Source: a plasmid
Strand: one strand, 5' to 3'
DNA length: 64,000 bases
Sequence record: NZ_CP025192.1
This document shows, one piece after another, positions 18,506 to 27,401 of the stretch. Position 1 is the stretch's first letter. Each line of letters starts with the position of its first letter. The position numbers and the translations under genes are program-made. The notes below the pieces were generated by a model that worked only from the letters and a program-made list of their open reading frames with translations, did not search any database and was not told the origin of the DNA.

Positions 18506-19026
18506 TGCGTCGCACCTGCCTCGCCCTGGCGCTGCTCGCGACCCTGCTCGCCGCGCCCTCCCTCGCCCGGGCGCAATCGACCGGCAGCGTGGGCTGTACC
18601 GCGATCACCCAGGCCGCCGCCGGAGCCATCGAGGCGCGGGTCCAGGCCGACGACACGGCCATCCAGGCGCCCACCAGCGTCCGCAACCTGACCTGCCTCG
18701 ACGGCTTCTTTCGCGGCGTCGGCCTCAACGTGATCGCCAGCCTGCTCGATCCTACCAACCTGCTCGACGCCATCCAGGGTCAGATCTGCGCCACGGTCAG
18801 CCAGGCCTGGCAGTCGGCGCTCGGCTCCATCCAGTGCGGCCTCACCGTCAGCGGCTTCAACCTGGGCTTCGGCGGGATCGGCGGTGGCCTGATGTGCCCG
18901 CGTCTGTCCTTCGGCGGCGGCGGTCCGCCCATCGGTACCTTCGGAACGGGCTTCGGGACGTCGGGCAACTTCTACGTCAACGGCTCACCCCTGGCGCCCT
19001 CCGGCTACACCCTGCCAAGCCGCTAG
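18502..19026 (+). CDS. Secreted Cys-containing, Gly-rich protein (174 aa).
   Basis: Signal peptide MMRRTCLALALLATLLAAPSLARA; six Cys; Gly-rich C-terminus. Confidence 0.4.
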   Translation: MMRRTCLALALLATLLAAPSLARAQSTGSVGCTAITQAAAGAIEARVQADDTAIQAPTSVRNLTCLDGFFRGVGLNVIASLLDPTNLLDAIQGQICATVSQAWQSALGSIQCGLTVSGFNLGFGGIGGGLMCPRLSFGGGGPPIGTFGTGFGTSGNFYVNGSPLAPSGYTLPSR

Positions 19027-19044
19027 ACGGCACGGAGCGATCCC

Positions 19045-20244
19045 ATGCGGAAACATCTCAGGACCACTGTCGCCATCCTGGTCGTGGCCGGCACCGTGAC
19101 AACGGTTGCCCCCCGCCCGGCCCATGCGGAATGGCCGACCTTCGATGCCGTCACCCACCTCCTGCTGACGCAGGCGCAGCAGGTCCTCAACAATGCGATC
19201 ACCCGTGTCTATGACAACATCACCAGTATCGGGAACCTGATCGGCGACCGCATCACCAACATGGGGGGGCTGCTGGACACCAAGCTGGGCGATGGCTTCA
19301 CCCAGGTCTCCAACTATCAGCGCGCGCAGATCAGCGCGGTCCAGCAGATCGCCGACGCCTCCAACACCGCCAATGCACGCTTCCAGCGCGACATGCGGAA
19401 CACCGAGATCCGCGACGAGCACACTGCCTCGCCGCAGGCCTGCCTTGCTCTCGACAGCGGCCAGGCGGCCACGGTGTCGCGCATCCAGGGCGACCGGATC
19501 GCGACCGCCATCGCTGACGTCATGGACTTGCGGGGCGAAGGCGGTCAGGGCACCGCCGCCTGGTACGGGCAGGCGCAGTCCATGACGTCGAGCAACGCGC
19601 TGCATCTCGCCCGCTACTGCGACCAGGACGAAGAGGCGGCTGGCCTCTGCACCATCTCCGTTCGCCCCAATGCCGACGTGCGAGCCTCGTCCTTCAACGG
19701 CCGCGAGGTCTACGCCGACGTCGACGAGGTGAACGCCGCGAACGACTACGCCACCAACGTCGTGCAGCCGGTCGTGCCGGCGGCGCTGCGCGGCGACCAC
19801 CTCACCTCCGTTGAGGGTCAGAACGCCTCGGCCCTTCGCCGGGCCTACGACGCCCGCATGTCCCTGGCGCGCTCTGTGTTCAGCACGCAGATCGCCATGA
19901 CGGCGCCGGCGGTGACGCTGAACGAGGCCCAGCGCGCCCAGATCACGGCGCGCGGCGGCACGCCGCCCGCGGCCGGTTCCTGGATGCAGGTGCTCTCCCT
20001 GGAAGTGGACCGTCGCTTCTCGGATACGGCCTGGGCGGCGTCTTTGCAGGCGATGACGCCGGCGGCCGTCTCGCGTGAGATCGCGGCGCAGCTCGCGCTC
20101 TCCAACTACCTCGCGCTGCAGAACCTGCGCGTGCAGCAGCAGGTGGCGGCCGTCGGCGCGGCGAACCTCGCGATCGCCGCCGAGCGGGGCTTTCCCGGCG
20201 TCGGCGCGACCCCGATCCCCTCCCCGTCCTTCGTCGCCAACTGA
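19045..20244 (+). CDS. Secreted protein, possibly IcmX/TraW-like (399 aa).
   Basis: Signal peptide; position (two genes upstream of the dotA/traY-like gene) mirrors traW-traX-traY of IncI plasmids. Family call is positional only. Confidence 0.3.
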   Translation: MRKHLRTTVAILVVAGTVTTVAPRPAHAEWPTFDAVTHLLLTQAQQVLNNAITRVYDNITSIGNLIGDRITNMGGLLDTKLGDGFTQVSNYQRAQISAVQQIADASNTANARFQRDMRNTEIRDEHTASPQACLALDSGQAATVSRIQGDRIATAIADVMDLRGEGGQGTAAWYGQAQSMTSSNALHLARYCDQDEEAAGLCTISVRPNADVRASSFNGREVYADVDEVNAANDYATNVVQPVVPAALRGDHLTSVEGQNASALRRAYDARMSLARSVFSTQIAMTAPAVTLNEAQRAQITARGGTPPAAGSWMQVLSLEVDRRFSDTAWAASLQAMTPAAVSREIAAQLALSNYLALQNLRVQQQVAAVGAANLAIAAERGFPGVGATPIPSPSFVAN

Positions 20245-20255
20245 GGAGCTTTCCC

Positions 20256-21692
20256 ATGTCCACCACCCTATCCGACGCGCCACGCCCAGCGGCGCGTGGT
20301 CCCGATCCGCTCCGTGAGCTGTTCGACCGGATGAACGAGGTGCGTGCCACCCTCTCCGGGCACGATCCCAGGCTGAGCCGCCAGATCGAGGAGGTCACCC
20401 GGCTGCTGCACCAGCCCGATGTCGTCCGCGACGAGGCGCTGCGGACCCGCGCTGCCTACGCACATCAGGATTTCTCCCGCCTGGCCGGTCCGGTCGGCGG
20501 CGTGCCGGAGGGTCTGCGTGCCGAACTCGGCCGCCTTGCCAACTCGGCGCCGGGGCTGGAAAACGAGCGTATCCGCGACCTGCTGCGCGAAGTGCCGGAC
20601 CTGCGGGATCGGCGCCTCGCCCATGATATCCGCACCCTCGCCGTCGTCACGGGCAAGGAGGGTGGCGACCAGTACCGCCCCGACGTCATGGATAAGGTGG
20701 AGGCGCTGGAGCGGCGGGTGATGACGCTCTCGCCGACCTTCGGGAGTGCTGCCGCCCGGCACGCGCAGCCTGACCTGGCCGCCGGCGGGCCGCAGGCGAC
20801 CGCAACCCCAGCCGCCGCGGCGTCCACGGCGCGGACGCCCCAGCCCGAGGAGAAGCCGACCGTGCCGGCTTCGCCGTTGGTGCAGTCCAGCGTCTCCCCA
20901 GGCGAAGGCGCGCGCGCACCGCGACAGCCCGAGACCGGCCAGCAGGCTACCCAGCAGCCTACCCCGGCCCCGGCCGCCATTCGTGCGGCCGAGGGGCAGG
21001 CCCAGCCGGCTCAGCCCGCGCTGGGTGCCCGCGATGCAGGTCCGGTCGAGCGGCTGGTGGCTTCGATGGTGCCCCCTCGTCCCGCCAGCCCGCCTCCCTG
21101 GGAGCCGCAGCCGACCCCGATCACCGAGCGGATCGGGAGCTACCTGGCCAACCGTGCCGACAGCAAGGCACTGGAGACCGCCGAGGCGTCCGGGCAGCGC
21201 GCCGTGGATGCTCTGCGGGGCTTCGCCCAGGGGGCCGGCGCGGCGGTGATGGCTCGGATCAATGAGGCCGCCCGCTCCGATCCCCGCAGCATGGAGGGGG
21301 TGCTGGCCGAGATGCGCGAAGGTGGACGGCATGCCGAGCTGCGCACGCAGTTCAACAACGCCCTCGTCCAGGAGAAGGGTCTGGCCGCCGCTTACGATGC
21401 CGCCGCCTCGGCCGTGAAGCAGTACGGGACCGATCGCCAGGCCGCCGAGGCGGTGATCCTCAAGCGATCCGAGCCGGCGGCCCTGGCCGGGCGCTTCGAG
21501 CGGCTCGACGCCGCCATCGGCGAGGCCGCGTCCCACCTGCCCAGCCGCCAGGAGGGGAAGAGCGTGGTGGACGAACTCGGCCAGAAGGTCGCCGAGCTGG
21601 TGCGGCGAGCGGCCGACGCGGTTCGCAACGTCTTCCAGCAGGACCATCGCCAGGGCGTCTCGGCCGCCTCATCCCCGTCTCCCAGCCCATAG
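20256..21692 (+). CDS. Hypothetical Ala/Pro-rich protein (478 aa) in the traX position.
   Basis: ORF track; GAGG ribosome-binding site before the ATG; no recognisable domain. Confidence 0.35.
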   Translation: MSTTLSDAPRPAARGPDPLRELFDRMNEVRATLSGHDPRLSRQIEEVTRLLHQPDVVRDEALRTRAAYAHQDFSRLAGPVGGVPEGLRAELGRLANSAPGLENERIRDLLREVPDLRDRRLAHDIRTLAVVTGKEGGDQYRPDVMDKVEALERRVMTLSPTFGSAAARHAQPDLAAGGPQATATPAAAASTARTPQPEEKPTVPASPLVQSSVSPGEGARAPRQPETGQQATQQPTPAPAAIRAAEGQAQPAQPALGARDAGPVERLVASMVPPRPASPPPWEPQPTPITERIGSYLANRADSKALETAEASGQRAVDALRGFAQGAGAAVMARINEAARSDPRSMEGVLAEMREGGRHAELRTQFNNALVQEKGLAAAYDAAASAVKQYGTDRQAAEAVILKRSEPAALAGRFERLDAAIGEAASHLPSRQEGKSVVDELGQKVAELVRRAADAVRNVFQQDHRQGVSAASSPSPSP

Positions 21693-21749
21693 GCTCATTC
21701 GCGTCGCCCTCTCCCATCCTCGTCTGCAAATTCCGGCCGCGAGGATGCG

Positions 21750-24071
21750 ATGCGACGCCCAACCCTGTTTCTGGCCCTGGCCACCCTGGCGCCGGTCCTG
21801 CTCCTCGCGGGGCCGGCGCTCGCCCAGGGGACGGGCGTGAACCTCAGCTGGTCCGCCCTTGATCCCGGTGACGACTGGGCTGCCATAGTCATCCGCTCCG
21901 TCTTCCCGATCAATGGCTCGGCCGGAACCGTCAGCACCGGCAACGCCGCCACGGTGATCGGCACCCTGGTCCGCTCCCTCACCGGCTTCGTGGCGGCCAT
22001 CGCCATGTTCTACCTCGTCTATTCCATGGTGATGCAGATCTGGCGCGGTGCCGAGACCTCGCGCCTGCTCACCGACGGCATGAGCGGCATGATGGCCCTC
22101 CGTCTCGGGGTGGCGGCGATCTTCATGTTCCCGCTGGCCAACGGCTTCTCCGCCGGGCAGGCCGCCGTGGTGCAGGCCTCGATGTGGGGCATCGGCATGG
22201 CCAAGACCGTCTACACCTCGGCCGTCACGGCGATCGGCGCCGATGCGCGCGTCATCGCCGATCCGATTGTCCCGGGCAGCCGCACCATCGTCGCCGGGCT
22301 GATCCGCAACGAGTTCTGCCGCGCACTCGTCAACGCCGCCGCCAACAACCCCAACCTGGTGCCGGCGCCGGGCGCCATCGCCTCAAGCGGGGTCGGCAGC
22401 GTGCCGGCCTTCGAGACCTGGGCCTACCGCCTGTCCAGTGGCAACGAGAGCGGCGCCCCGGCCTGCGGCACCGTCACCCTGGCCCAGCCGGCCAGCACCA
22501 ACACCGTCGCCGGTGTCGATGTCGGCATGGTCGACCAGCAGCGCCGGATCCTGAACAGCGTCGTCACGGGCAGCATCCGGCCGCAGGTCGAGAGCGCCGC
22601 GCAGGCCTTCTACGCCACCCGCCAGGCGTCGGCGCTGCAGCCACTGCTGGGCGTGCTGACCAGCGCCACCAGCCAGTACAACAGCCAGCTCACGGCGGCA
22701 GCCAGCGGTGCCATGAGCCGCATCCGCGGCTCCCTGCAGGATGCCCGCGGCAGCGGCGCCACCCCGGACGCCACCGCGATCCGCCTGAGCGCGCTCGGAT
22801 GGTCGGCCGCCGGTGCCTACTATCTCGAATTCTCCCGCCTCAACGGCGCCACCCTCTCGCTGATGAGCGGCGTACCGCGCGTCGAGCGTCCCTCCTATCT
22901 GGGCCTCGGCCCGGCCCTCACCGCCGATGTGGCGCCGCTTTCCGCTGCCGCCGAGGCGTTCATGGAGCGGGTCAGCGCCTACGTCGCCACCACCGACCAA
23001 GCCAACACGCCCTTCGGCGGCTCGGGCCTGTTCTCCGGCGCCTCGCCGGCCGAGGACGGCGCCGGCATGATGGAGCGGGTGTTCCGCTCCCTGGGCCTGA
23101 GCGAGCGGATCCTCGGCCTCGTCACCAACTACTTCGTCACCCCTGGTACCTTGGTCTGGATCGACCCGTTCGGCAGCCTGATGCAACTCGGCCACGCCAT
23201 GGTCGCGGCCGGTATGGGGGCGCTGGGGCTGGCGGGGATCGGGGTGGGCGGGTCCAATGCCGTCGGCACCGCCCTGGGCGGCGTGCCGCTGGTGGGTGGG
23301 GTGCTGGCGGCCAGCTTCAGCGGATTGGGCAAGGCGTTGGAATTCCTCGGCCCGGCGATCTTCGCGCTGATCTCCGGCCTGCTCCTCCCCGGCCTGACCA
23401 TCGCCTTCGTGCTGCCGCTCATCCCCTTTCTGATCTGGGTCGCCGGCGTCGCCGGCTGGCTGATCCTGGTCTGCGAGGCGGTGATCGCGGTGCCGCTGTG
23501 GATGCTGGCGCACATGACCATGCGCGGCGAGGGCCTGCACGGCCGGGCCACCGAGGGATACTCGCTGCTGTTCAACGTGCTGTTCCGCCCGGTGCTGATG
23601 CTGCTCGGGCTGTTCCTCGGCTACTTCATCTTCGCCAGCATGTCCTGGCTGCTGCGGCTGAGCTTCGGGGTGGCGGCAGGCTTCGTGCTGGGCAACGGCT
23701 GGATCGTAACCAACGTGCTCGGGGTCGTGGTGCTGCTCTGCGTCTTCGTGCTGGCCCACGTCGTCCTGGCGCTGCTGTCCTTCCGCATGATCTCCCTGGT
23801 GCCCCACCACGTCCCGCGCCTGATCGGCTTCCTGCCGGCGAACCGGGTCGACATGGACGGCTTCAGCCGGGATGCTGCGCTGGTTGGGGCGGCAGGGGCA
23901 TTGCAAAACATCGACGGTGCCGCTCGAAGGCTTGGTGGTTCGGCTCGCAATTCTGGTGATCGAACCCTGGCGCCGACGGCAATAGCTGGACCGCAAGGGC
24001 GGGCAGCAAGTAAGGAGATGGACTCTACCCTCCGGGCATCGACAGAGATCTCCGGCGCTAGGGATGAATGA
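21750..24071 (+). CDS. dotA: DotA/TraY-like large polytopic inner-membrane protein (773 aa).
   Basis: Signal peptide plus TM1, a large periplasmic domain (about 400 aa), then about 8 C-terminal TM helices; length close to IncI TraY (about 745 aa); box variant TCATTCGCGTCG about 45 nt upstream. Confidence 0.5.
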   Translation: MRRPTLFLALATLAPVLLLAGPALAQGTGVNLSWSALDPGDDWAAIVIRSVFPINGSAGTVSTGNAATVIGTLVRSLTGFVAAIAMFYLVYSMVMQIWRGAETSRLLTDGMSGMMALRLGVAAIFMFPLANGFSAGQAAVVQASMWGIGMAKTVYTSAVTAIGADARVIADPIVPGSRTIVAGLIRNEFCRALVNAAANNPNLVPAPGAIASSGVGSVPAFETWAYRLSSGNESGAPACGTVTLAQPASTNTVAGVDVGMVDQQRRILNSVVTGSIRPQVESAAQAFYATRQASALQPLLGVLTSATSQYNSQLTAAASGAMSRIRGSLQDARGSGATPDATAIRLSALGWSAAGAYYLEFSRLNGATLSLMSGVPRVERPSYLGLGPALTADVAPLSAAAEAFMERVSAYVATTDQANTPFGGSGLFSGASPAEDGAGMMERVFRSLGLSERILGLVTNYFVTPGTLVWIDPFGSLMQLGHAMVAAGMGALGLAGIGVGGSNAVGTALGGVPLVGGVLAASFSGLGKALEFLGPAIFALISGLLLPGLTIAFVLPLIPFLIWVAGVAGWLILVCEAVIAVPLWMLAHMTMRGEGLHGRATEGYSLLFNVLFRPVLMLLGLFLGYFIFASMSWLLRLSFGVAAGFVLGNGWIVTNVLGVVVLLCVFVLAHVVLALLSFRMISLVPHHVPRLIGFLPANRVDMDGFSRDAALVGAAGALQNIDGAARRLGGSARNSGDRTLAPTAIAGPQGRAASKEMDSTLRASTEISGARDE

Positions 24072-24074
24072 CCG

Positions 24075-24524
24075 ATGAACGATGACGGCGAGAGCCAAGG
24101 AATGAGCGGAACGGCCGGCTACCTGCTAGGCAGGATGTCGGCAGAAAACGCTCGTTCGCGTTCGGATTGGGTCGATAATCTTGTGGCCCGTCGGCGGCGC
24201 CCGGAAGCGCGTTTCTTCCGTGAAGCTGATGTACATGCGAAGATCGCTGAATGGCAGGCTGCGCTCGCCTCAAGGGACGCCATCATCGATCAGCTACAGG
24301 AGCATGCTGCTGGTCTCGCCAGCGAGCGGGATCAGTGGCGTGACTACGCGAAGGCGATCGAGGGCGAGCGGGAGGAACTGAAGGAGCAGTTCCGCAGCCT
24401 GACCGTGAACGCCAACCTCATGGTCGAGCGCCTCGACGAGTACGACAGGGCGAACGAGGCGCTGGAGGCGGAAGTCGAGGCGCTGCGCGCCGAGATCGCC
24501 CGCCTCAAGGGCAGTGGCGGGTAG
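24075..24524 (+). CDS. Coiled-coil protein (149 aa).
   Basis: Heptad-rich C-terminus (EALEAEVEALRAEIARLKG); starts 4 nt after the dotA-like stop. Confidence 0.35.
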   Translation: MNDDGESQGMSGTAGYLLGRMSAENARSRSDWVDNLVARRRRPEARFFREADVHAKIAEWQAALASRDAIIDQLQEHAAGLASERDQWRDYAKAIEGEREELKEQFRSLTVNANLMVERLDEYDRANEALEAEVEALRAEIARLKGSGG

Positions 24525-24580
24525 CGCAGGCCGTTCGCAACGATACTGGGCAGCATGGGGCCGCAACCAGGACAGGCCCC

Positions 24581-24898
24581 ATGCCCTACGCTCGAAACCT
24601 CCTCCTCGCCGCTCTCGCGTCGATCCCACTCGCGGCCTGCAGCAGCGGCAACATCCGCACCGCCGGCAGCTACAGTGCTCCGGCCGCGCCGCAGGTCCAG
24701 AATCCCAACTACGATCCCTATGCCGCTCCGGGCACCGTCAATGCCACCTGGGCGCCGCCCGTGCTCAACCGTAACGGCACCATCGTGAAGCCCAACGATC
24801 CGCGCGGGGCGATGGCCGGCAGGCCGGACTACGAGCATGCCCCGTGGGCCACGGGCGCGGCCGGCGGTGCCACCTACGCCCCACCCGGCACCTTCTGA
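24581..24898 (+). CDS. Small lipoprotein (105 aa).
   Basis: Lipobox SIPLAAC; conserved box CCGTTCGCAACG about 40 nt upstream; sits in the position of entry-exclusion genes downstream of traY in IncI plasmids (speculative). Confidence 0.4.
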   Translation: MPYARNLLLAALASIPLAACSSGNIRTAGSYSAPAAPQVQNPNYDPYAAPGTVNATWAPPVLNRNGTIVKPNDPRGAMAGRPDYEHAPWATGAAGGATYAPPGTF

Positions 24899-24921
24899 CG
24901 ACCTGGCGGCCGGTGCGGCGG

Positions 24922-25305
24922 CTATCGGGCCGGCCGCACATCCGTGCGGCTGAAATCGTCGCCGACGTAGAGCAGCGGCGCGTCGTGCTCGATCGCCAGC
25001 ACGTAGGCGAAGCAGTCGCCGAAGTTCAGCCCCGCCGGGTGGACGCCCTTGCCCCAGCGCGCATAGGCCTCGGCCATGCGCCGCGCCGTCCCCGGTGTGA
25101 CGCTCGCGACCTCGAAGCCCAGGCCCTCGACCAGCTGGCGCATCTCCACCCCGAGATCGCGCCGGCCCGCCACGATCAGCGCCTCCGCCATGGTCCCGGC
25201 CGAGATCGCCAGGGCGTCGGCCGCCTCCAGCACATCCATGCAGGCCTCGGCCTCGGGCTCGTCGAGCAGGATCGCCAGCAGCGCCGAGGTGTCGACCGCG
25301 ATCAT
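24922..25305 (-). CDS. vapC: VapC-type PIN-domain toxin (127 aa).
   Basis: MIAVDTSALLAIL...; PIN acidic residues; start overlaps the stop of the upstream antitoxin. Confidence 0.65.
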   Translation of the reverse strand: MIAVDTSALLAILLDEPEAEACMDVLEAADALAISAGTMAEALIVAGRRDLGVEMRQLVEGLGFEVASVTPGTARRMAEAYARWGKGVHPAGLNFGDCFAYVLAIEHDAPLLYVGDDFSRTDVRPAR

Positions 25306-25559
25306 CGCGGCAGCCCGGCCTCGTCGTACAGATCGTCCTGACTGCGGGCGGCGCTCACGCCGGCCCGTGCCTTGGCGGCACCGACGCGGCGCAGCTCCTC
25401 CATCAGGGCGCGGCGTCCGGCTGCATCCGGTGTCCGGTGCACCGGGACCAGGCGCACGGCGGCGCGGCCATGACGCGTCAGCACGACCTCGTCGCCGGCC
25501 TCGGCCCGGCGCACCAGCTCGGTCAGCTGCCCCTTCGCATCCGTCACGGAGACCTGCAC
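25302..25559 (-). CDS. vapB: Phd/YefM-family antitoxin (85 aa).
   Basis: MQVSVTDAKGQLTELVRRAEAGDEVVLTRHGRAAVRLVPV is the Phd/YefM fold signature; directly upstream of the PIN toxin. Confidence 0.65.
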   Translation of the reverse strand: MQVSVTDAKGQLTELVRRAEAGDEVVLTRHGRAAVRLVPVHRTPDAAGRRALMEELRRVGAAKARAGVSAARSQDDLYDEAGLPR

Positions 25560-25644
25560 GATCGAACCCCAGCAGAAAGCCTCCCGGCGAAATAGACCAT
25601 CGGGTGGTCCATTTCAACGATGCTGGCGCTGAGTGGTATCGGGG

Positions 25645-26199
25645 TCAGCCGGCGCTCGGCCAGAATCGGTCGGCCGATCGGAGGTACTCCCCGGCCGAGC
25701 CCAGCCGCCGCGTGCGCAGCTGCCAGTTCGCCCAGGCATTGCGGAAGGCGAGCACGAAGAACGCGGCGCAGAAGGGCAGGAACTGCACCGCCGCCCAGAA
25801 GCGTCCCTGGCCTGCGGGAAGCACCGTCATCTGCCAGGTCCATAGCCCCAGCGCGGCCCAGCCGGCCGCGAAGCAGCCCCAGGCCACCCGCGCCGTCTGC
25901 CGGCGCCGCCGCAGCCAGCGCCGCTTCAGCTCGAACTCGGTGAGGCCCATCGCGAAGGCCGTCGCCCCCGGGTCGAGGCGGCCGTCCTCGTCGGCGATCG
26001 GGCCACGCACCGGGGCCGGCTCGCGCCGGATCGCGGCGACGAGGCCCCGGACCAGCCCGTAGCCGGACCGGATCTCGGCCACTCCGGTCGTCTCGGCGGC
26101 CCTGCGAGCCGCCCAGCGGGGGCCGGCGAGTAGCCATCCGAAGCGCCGACGACTACCAGGGTGGTCGCCCTGCAGCCCGGGTCCCAGGTCGATGGCCAT
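25645..26199 (-). CDS. Hypothetical inner-membrane protein (184 aa).
   Basis: Two to three C-terminal TM segments; 4 nt downstream of the DsbC-like gene (operon). Confidence 0.35.
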   Translation of the reverse strand: MAIDLGPGLQGDHPGSRRRFGWLLAGPRWAARRAAETTGVAEIRSGYGLVRGLVAAIRREPAPVRGPIADEDGRLDPGATAFAMGLTEFELKRRWLRRRRQTARVAWGCFAAGWAALGLWTWQMTVLPAGQGRFWAAVQFLPFCAAFFVLAFRNAWANWQLRTRRLGSAGEYLRSADRFWPSAG

Positions 26200-26202
26200 G
26201 GC

Positions 26203-27369
26203 TCAGCCCCCGGTTGCGGTCGCGACCAGCGCCTCGAGGTTGTTGGGCAGTCCATCCGTCCGCCCCTCCGTGCCATCGGCCCGGCGCCAGACCAGCGTCG
26301 GCGTCCCGCGCAGGCCGATCGAGGCCGCTGCGGCCCCATTCTCCCGCAACCGCGCGGCCGCTTCCGGCGCCGGCGGGGCCCGCAGGTCGCCCCGGCTCCA
26401 GGCGGCGATCATCGCTTCCTCCGAGCGGCTCAGCATCGCGAGCGCGTCGGCGGTGCTCCGCCCGGCATTGTGGTGATCGAGGATGGCCACGGGGATCACC
26501 GACAGGTGCAGCCGGCCGGCCGCGACCAGCGGCTGCAGGCGCCGCAGGGCCTGGACCGAGTAGCCGCACTGCGGATCCACGAACATCCAGACATGCGGCG
26601 CCCCCTCGGGGCCCGCAGTGCCGGCATGGGCTCGCTGGGCCACCGCGACCGGGCTGGCGGCCGGCGCGACTGCCCCGCCGCCGGCACCTTGAGCCGGCCC
26701 GCCGGCCGGCTGCGTCGCACCGGGCGCGACGTCCCCGATGGTGACGGTCGGGATCGCCCCTTCGATGCCCGCCACATGATCGCGGGTGAGGTTCTTGCCC
26801 GCCGTGTCCCACATCACCCCGGGAATGACGCGCTCCCCGTCGGGGGTCGCGTAGAATACCTGGAAGGCGTCGCCGCTGCGCAGCACCACGCTGCGAAGGC
26901 CCTCGCGCTCACCGAGATCCGTGACGCCCGCGCCCCCGATCTCACGGAGACGCGCCAGGGTCAGGTCCACCGGAAAGCCCGCCACCATGGCCCGTCCGGA
27001 AGGCAGCACCGAGAGCAGCATGAACTCGGCGCCGGAGCGGGCCACGACCAGGCGCAGGCCATGGCTCAGCCCCAGGTCCTGCAAGGTGGCACCGGCCTGG
27101 GACACGCGCTGCAGCACCGGCACCGAGAGATCTCCGCCGGGCGTCGCCACCGTGGCAGGAGCTGCTGACGGCGCAGCCGCCGGCGCCGCGGCACGCTGGA
27201 CCGCGGGCGTGGGCGCGGTTGGCCAGGCCTGGGGCGCGGCGGATACCGGAGCCGGGAGGGCCAGGGTGGGAGGCGCATCGGGCCCGGCAGAGGCGGGGCA
27301 GAGGGTCTGCGCCATGGAGATGGCCGGCAGGCCAACCAGGGCGCAGGTGGTCAGGAGGATGCGTCGCAT
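26203..27369 (-). CDS. Secreted DsbC/DsbG-like thioredoxin-fold protein with a CxxS active site (TrbB-like position), about 388 aa.
   Basis: Signal peptide MRRILLTTCALVGLPAISMA; thioredoxin-fold motif FVDPQCGYSVQAL (CGYS instead of CGYC); Pro/Ala-rich linker; conserved box CCGTTCGCATCG about 42 nt upstream. Confidence 0.5.
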   Translation of the reverse strand: MRRILLTTCALVGLPAISMAQTLCPASAGPDAPPTLALPAPVSAAPQAWPTAPTPAVQRAAAPAAAPSAAPATVATPGGDLSVPVLQRVSQAGATLQDLGLSHGLRLVVARSGAEFMLLSVLPSGRAMVAGFPVDLTLARLREIGGAGVTDLGEREGLRSVVLRSGDAFQVFYATPDGERVIPGVMWDTAGKNLTRDHVAGIEGAIPTVTIGDVAPGATQPAGGPAQGAGGGAVAPAASPVAVAQRAHAGTAGPEGAPHVWMFVDPQCGYSVQALRRLQPLVAAGRLHLSVIPVAILDHHNAGRSTADALAMLSRSEEAMIAAWSRGDLRAPPAPEAAARLRENGAAAASIGLRGTPTLVWRRADGTEGRTDGLPNNLEALVATATGG

Positions 27370-27401
27370 GGGTCTCGTCCGGTGCTGATGACCGGCCGAG
27401 C

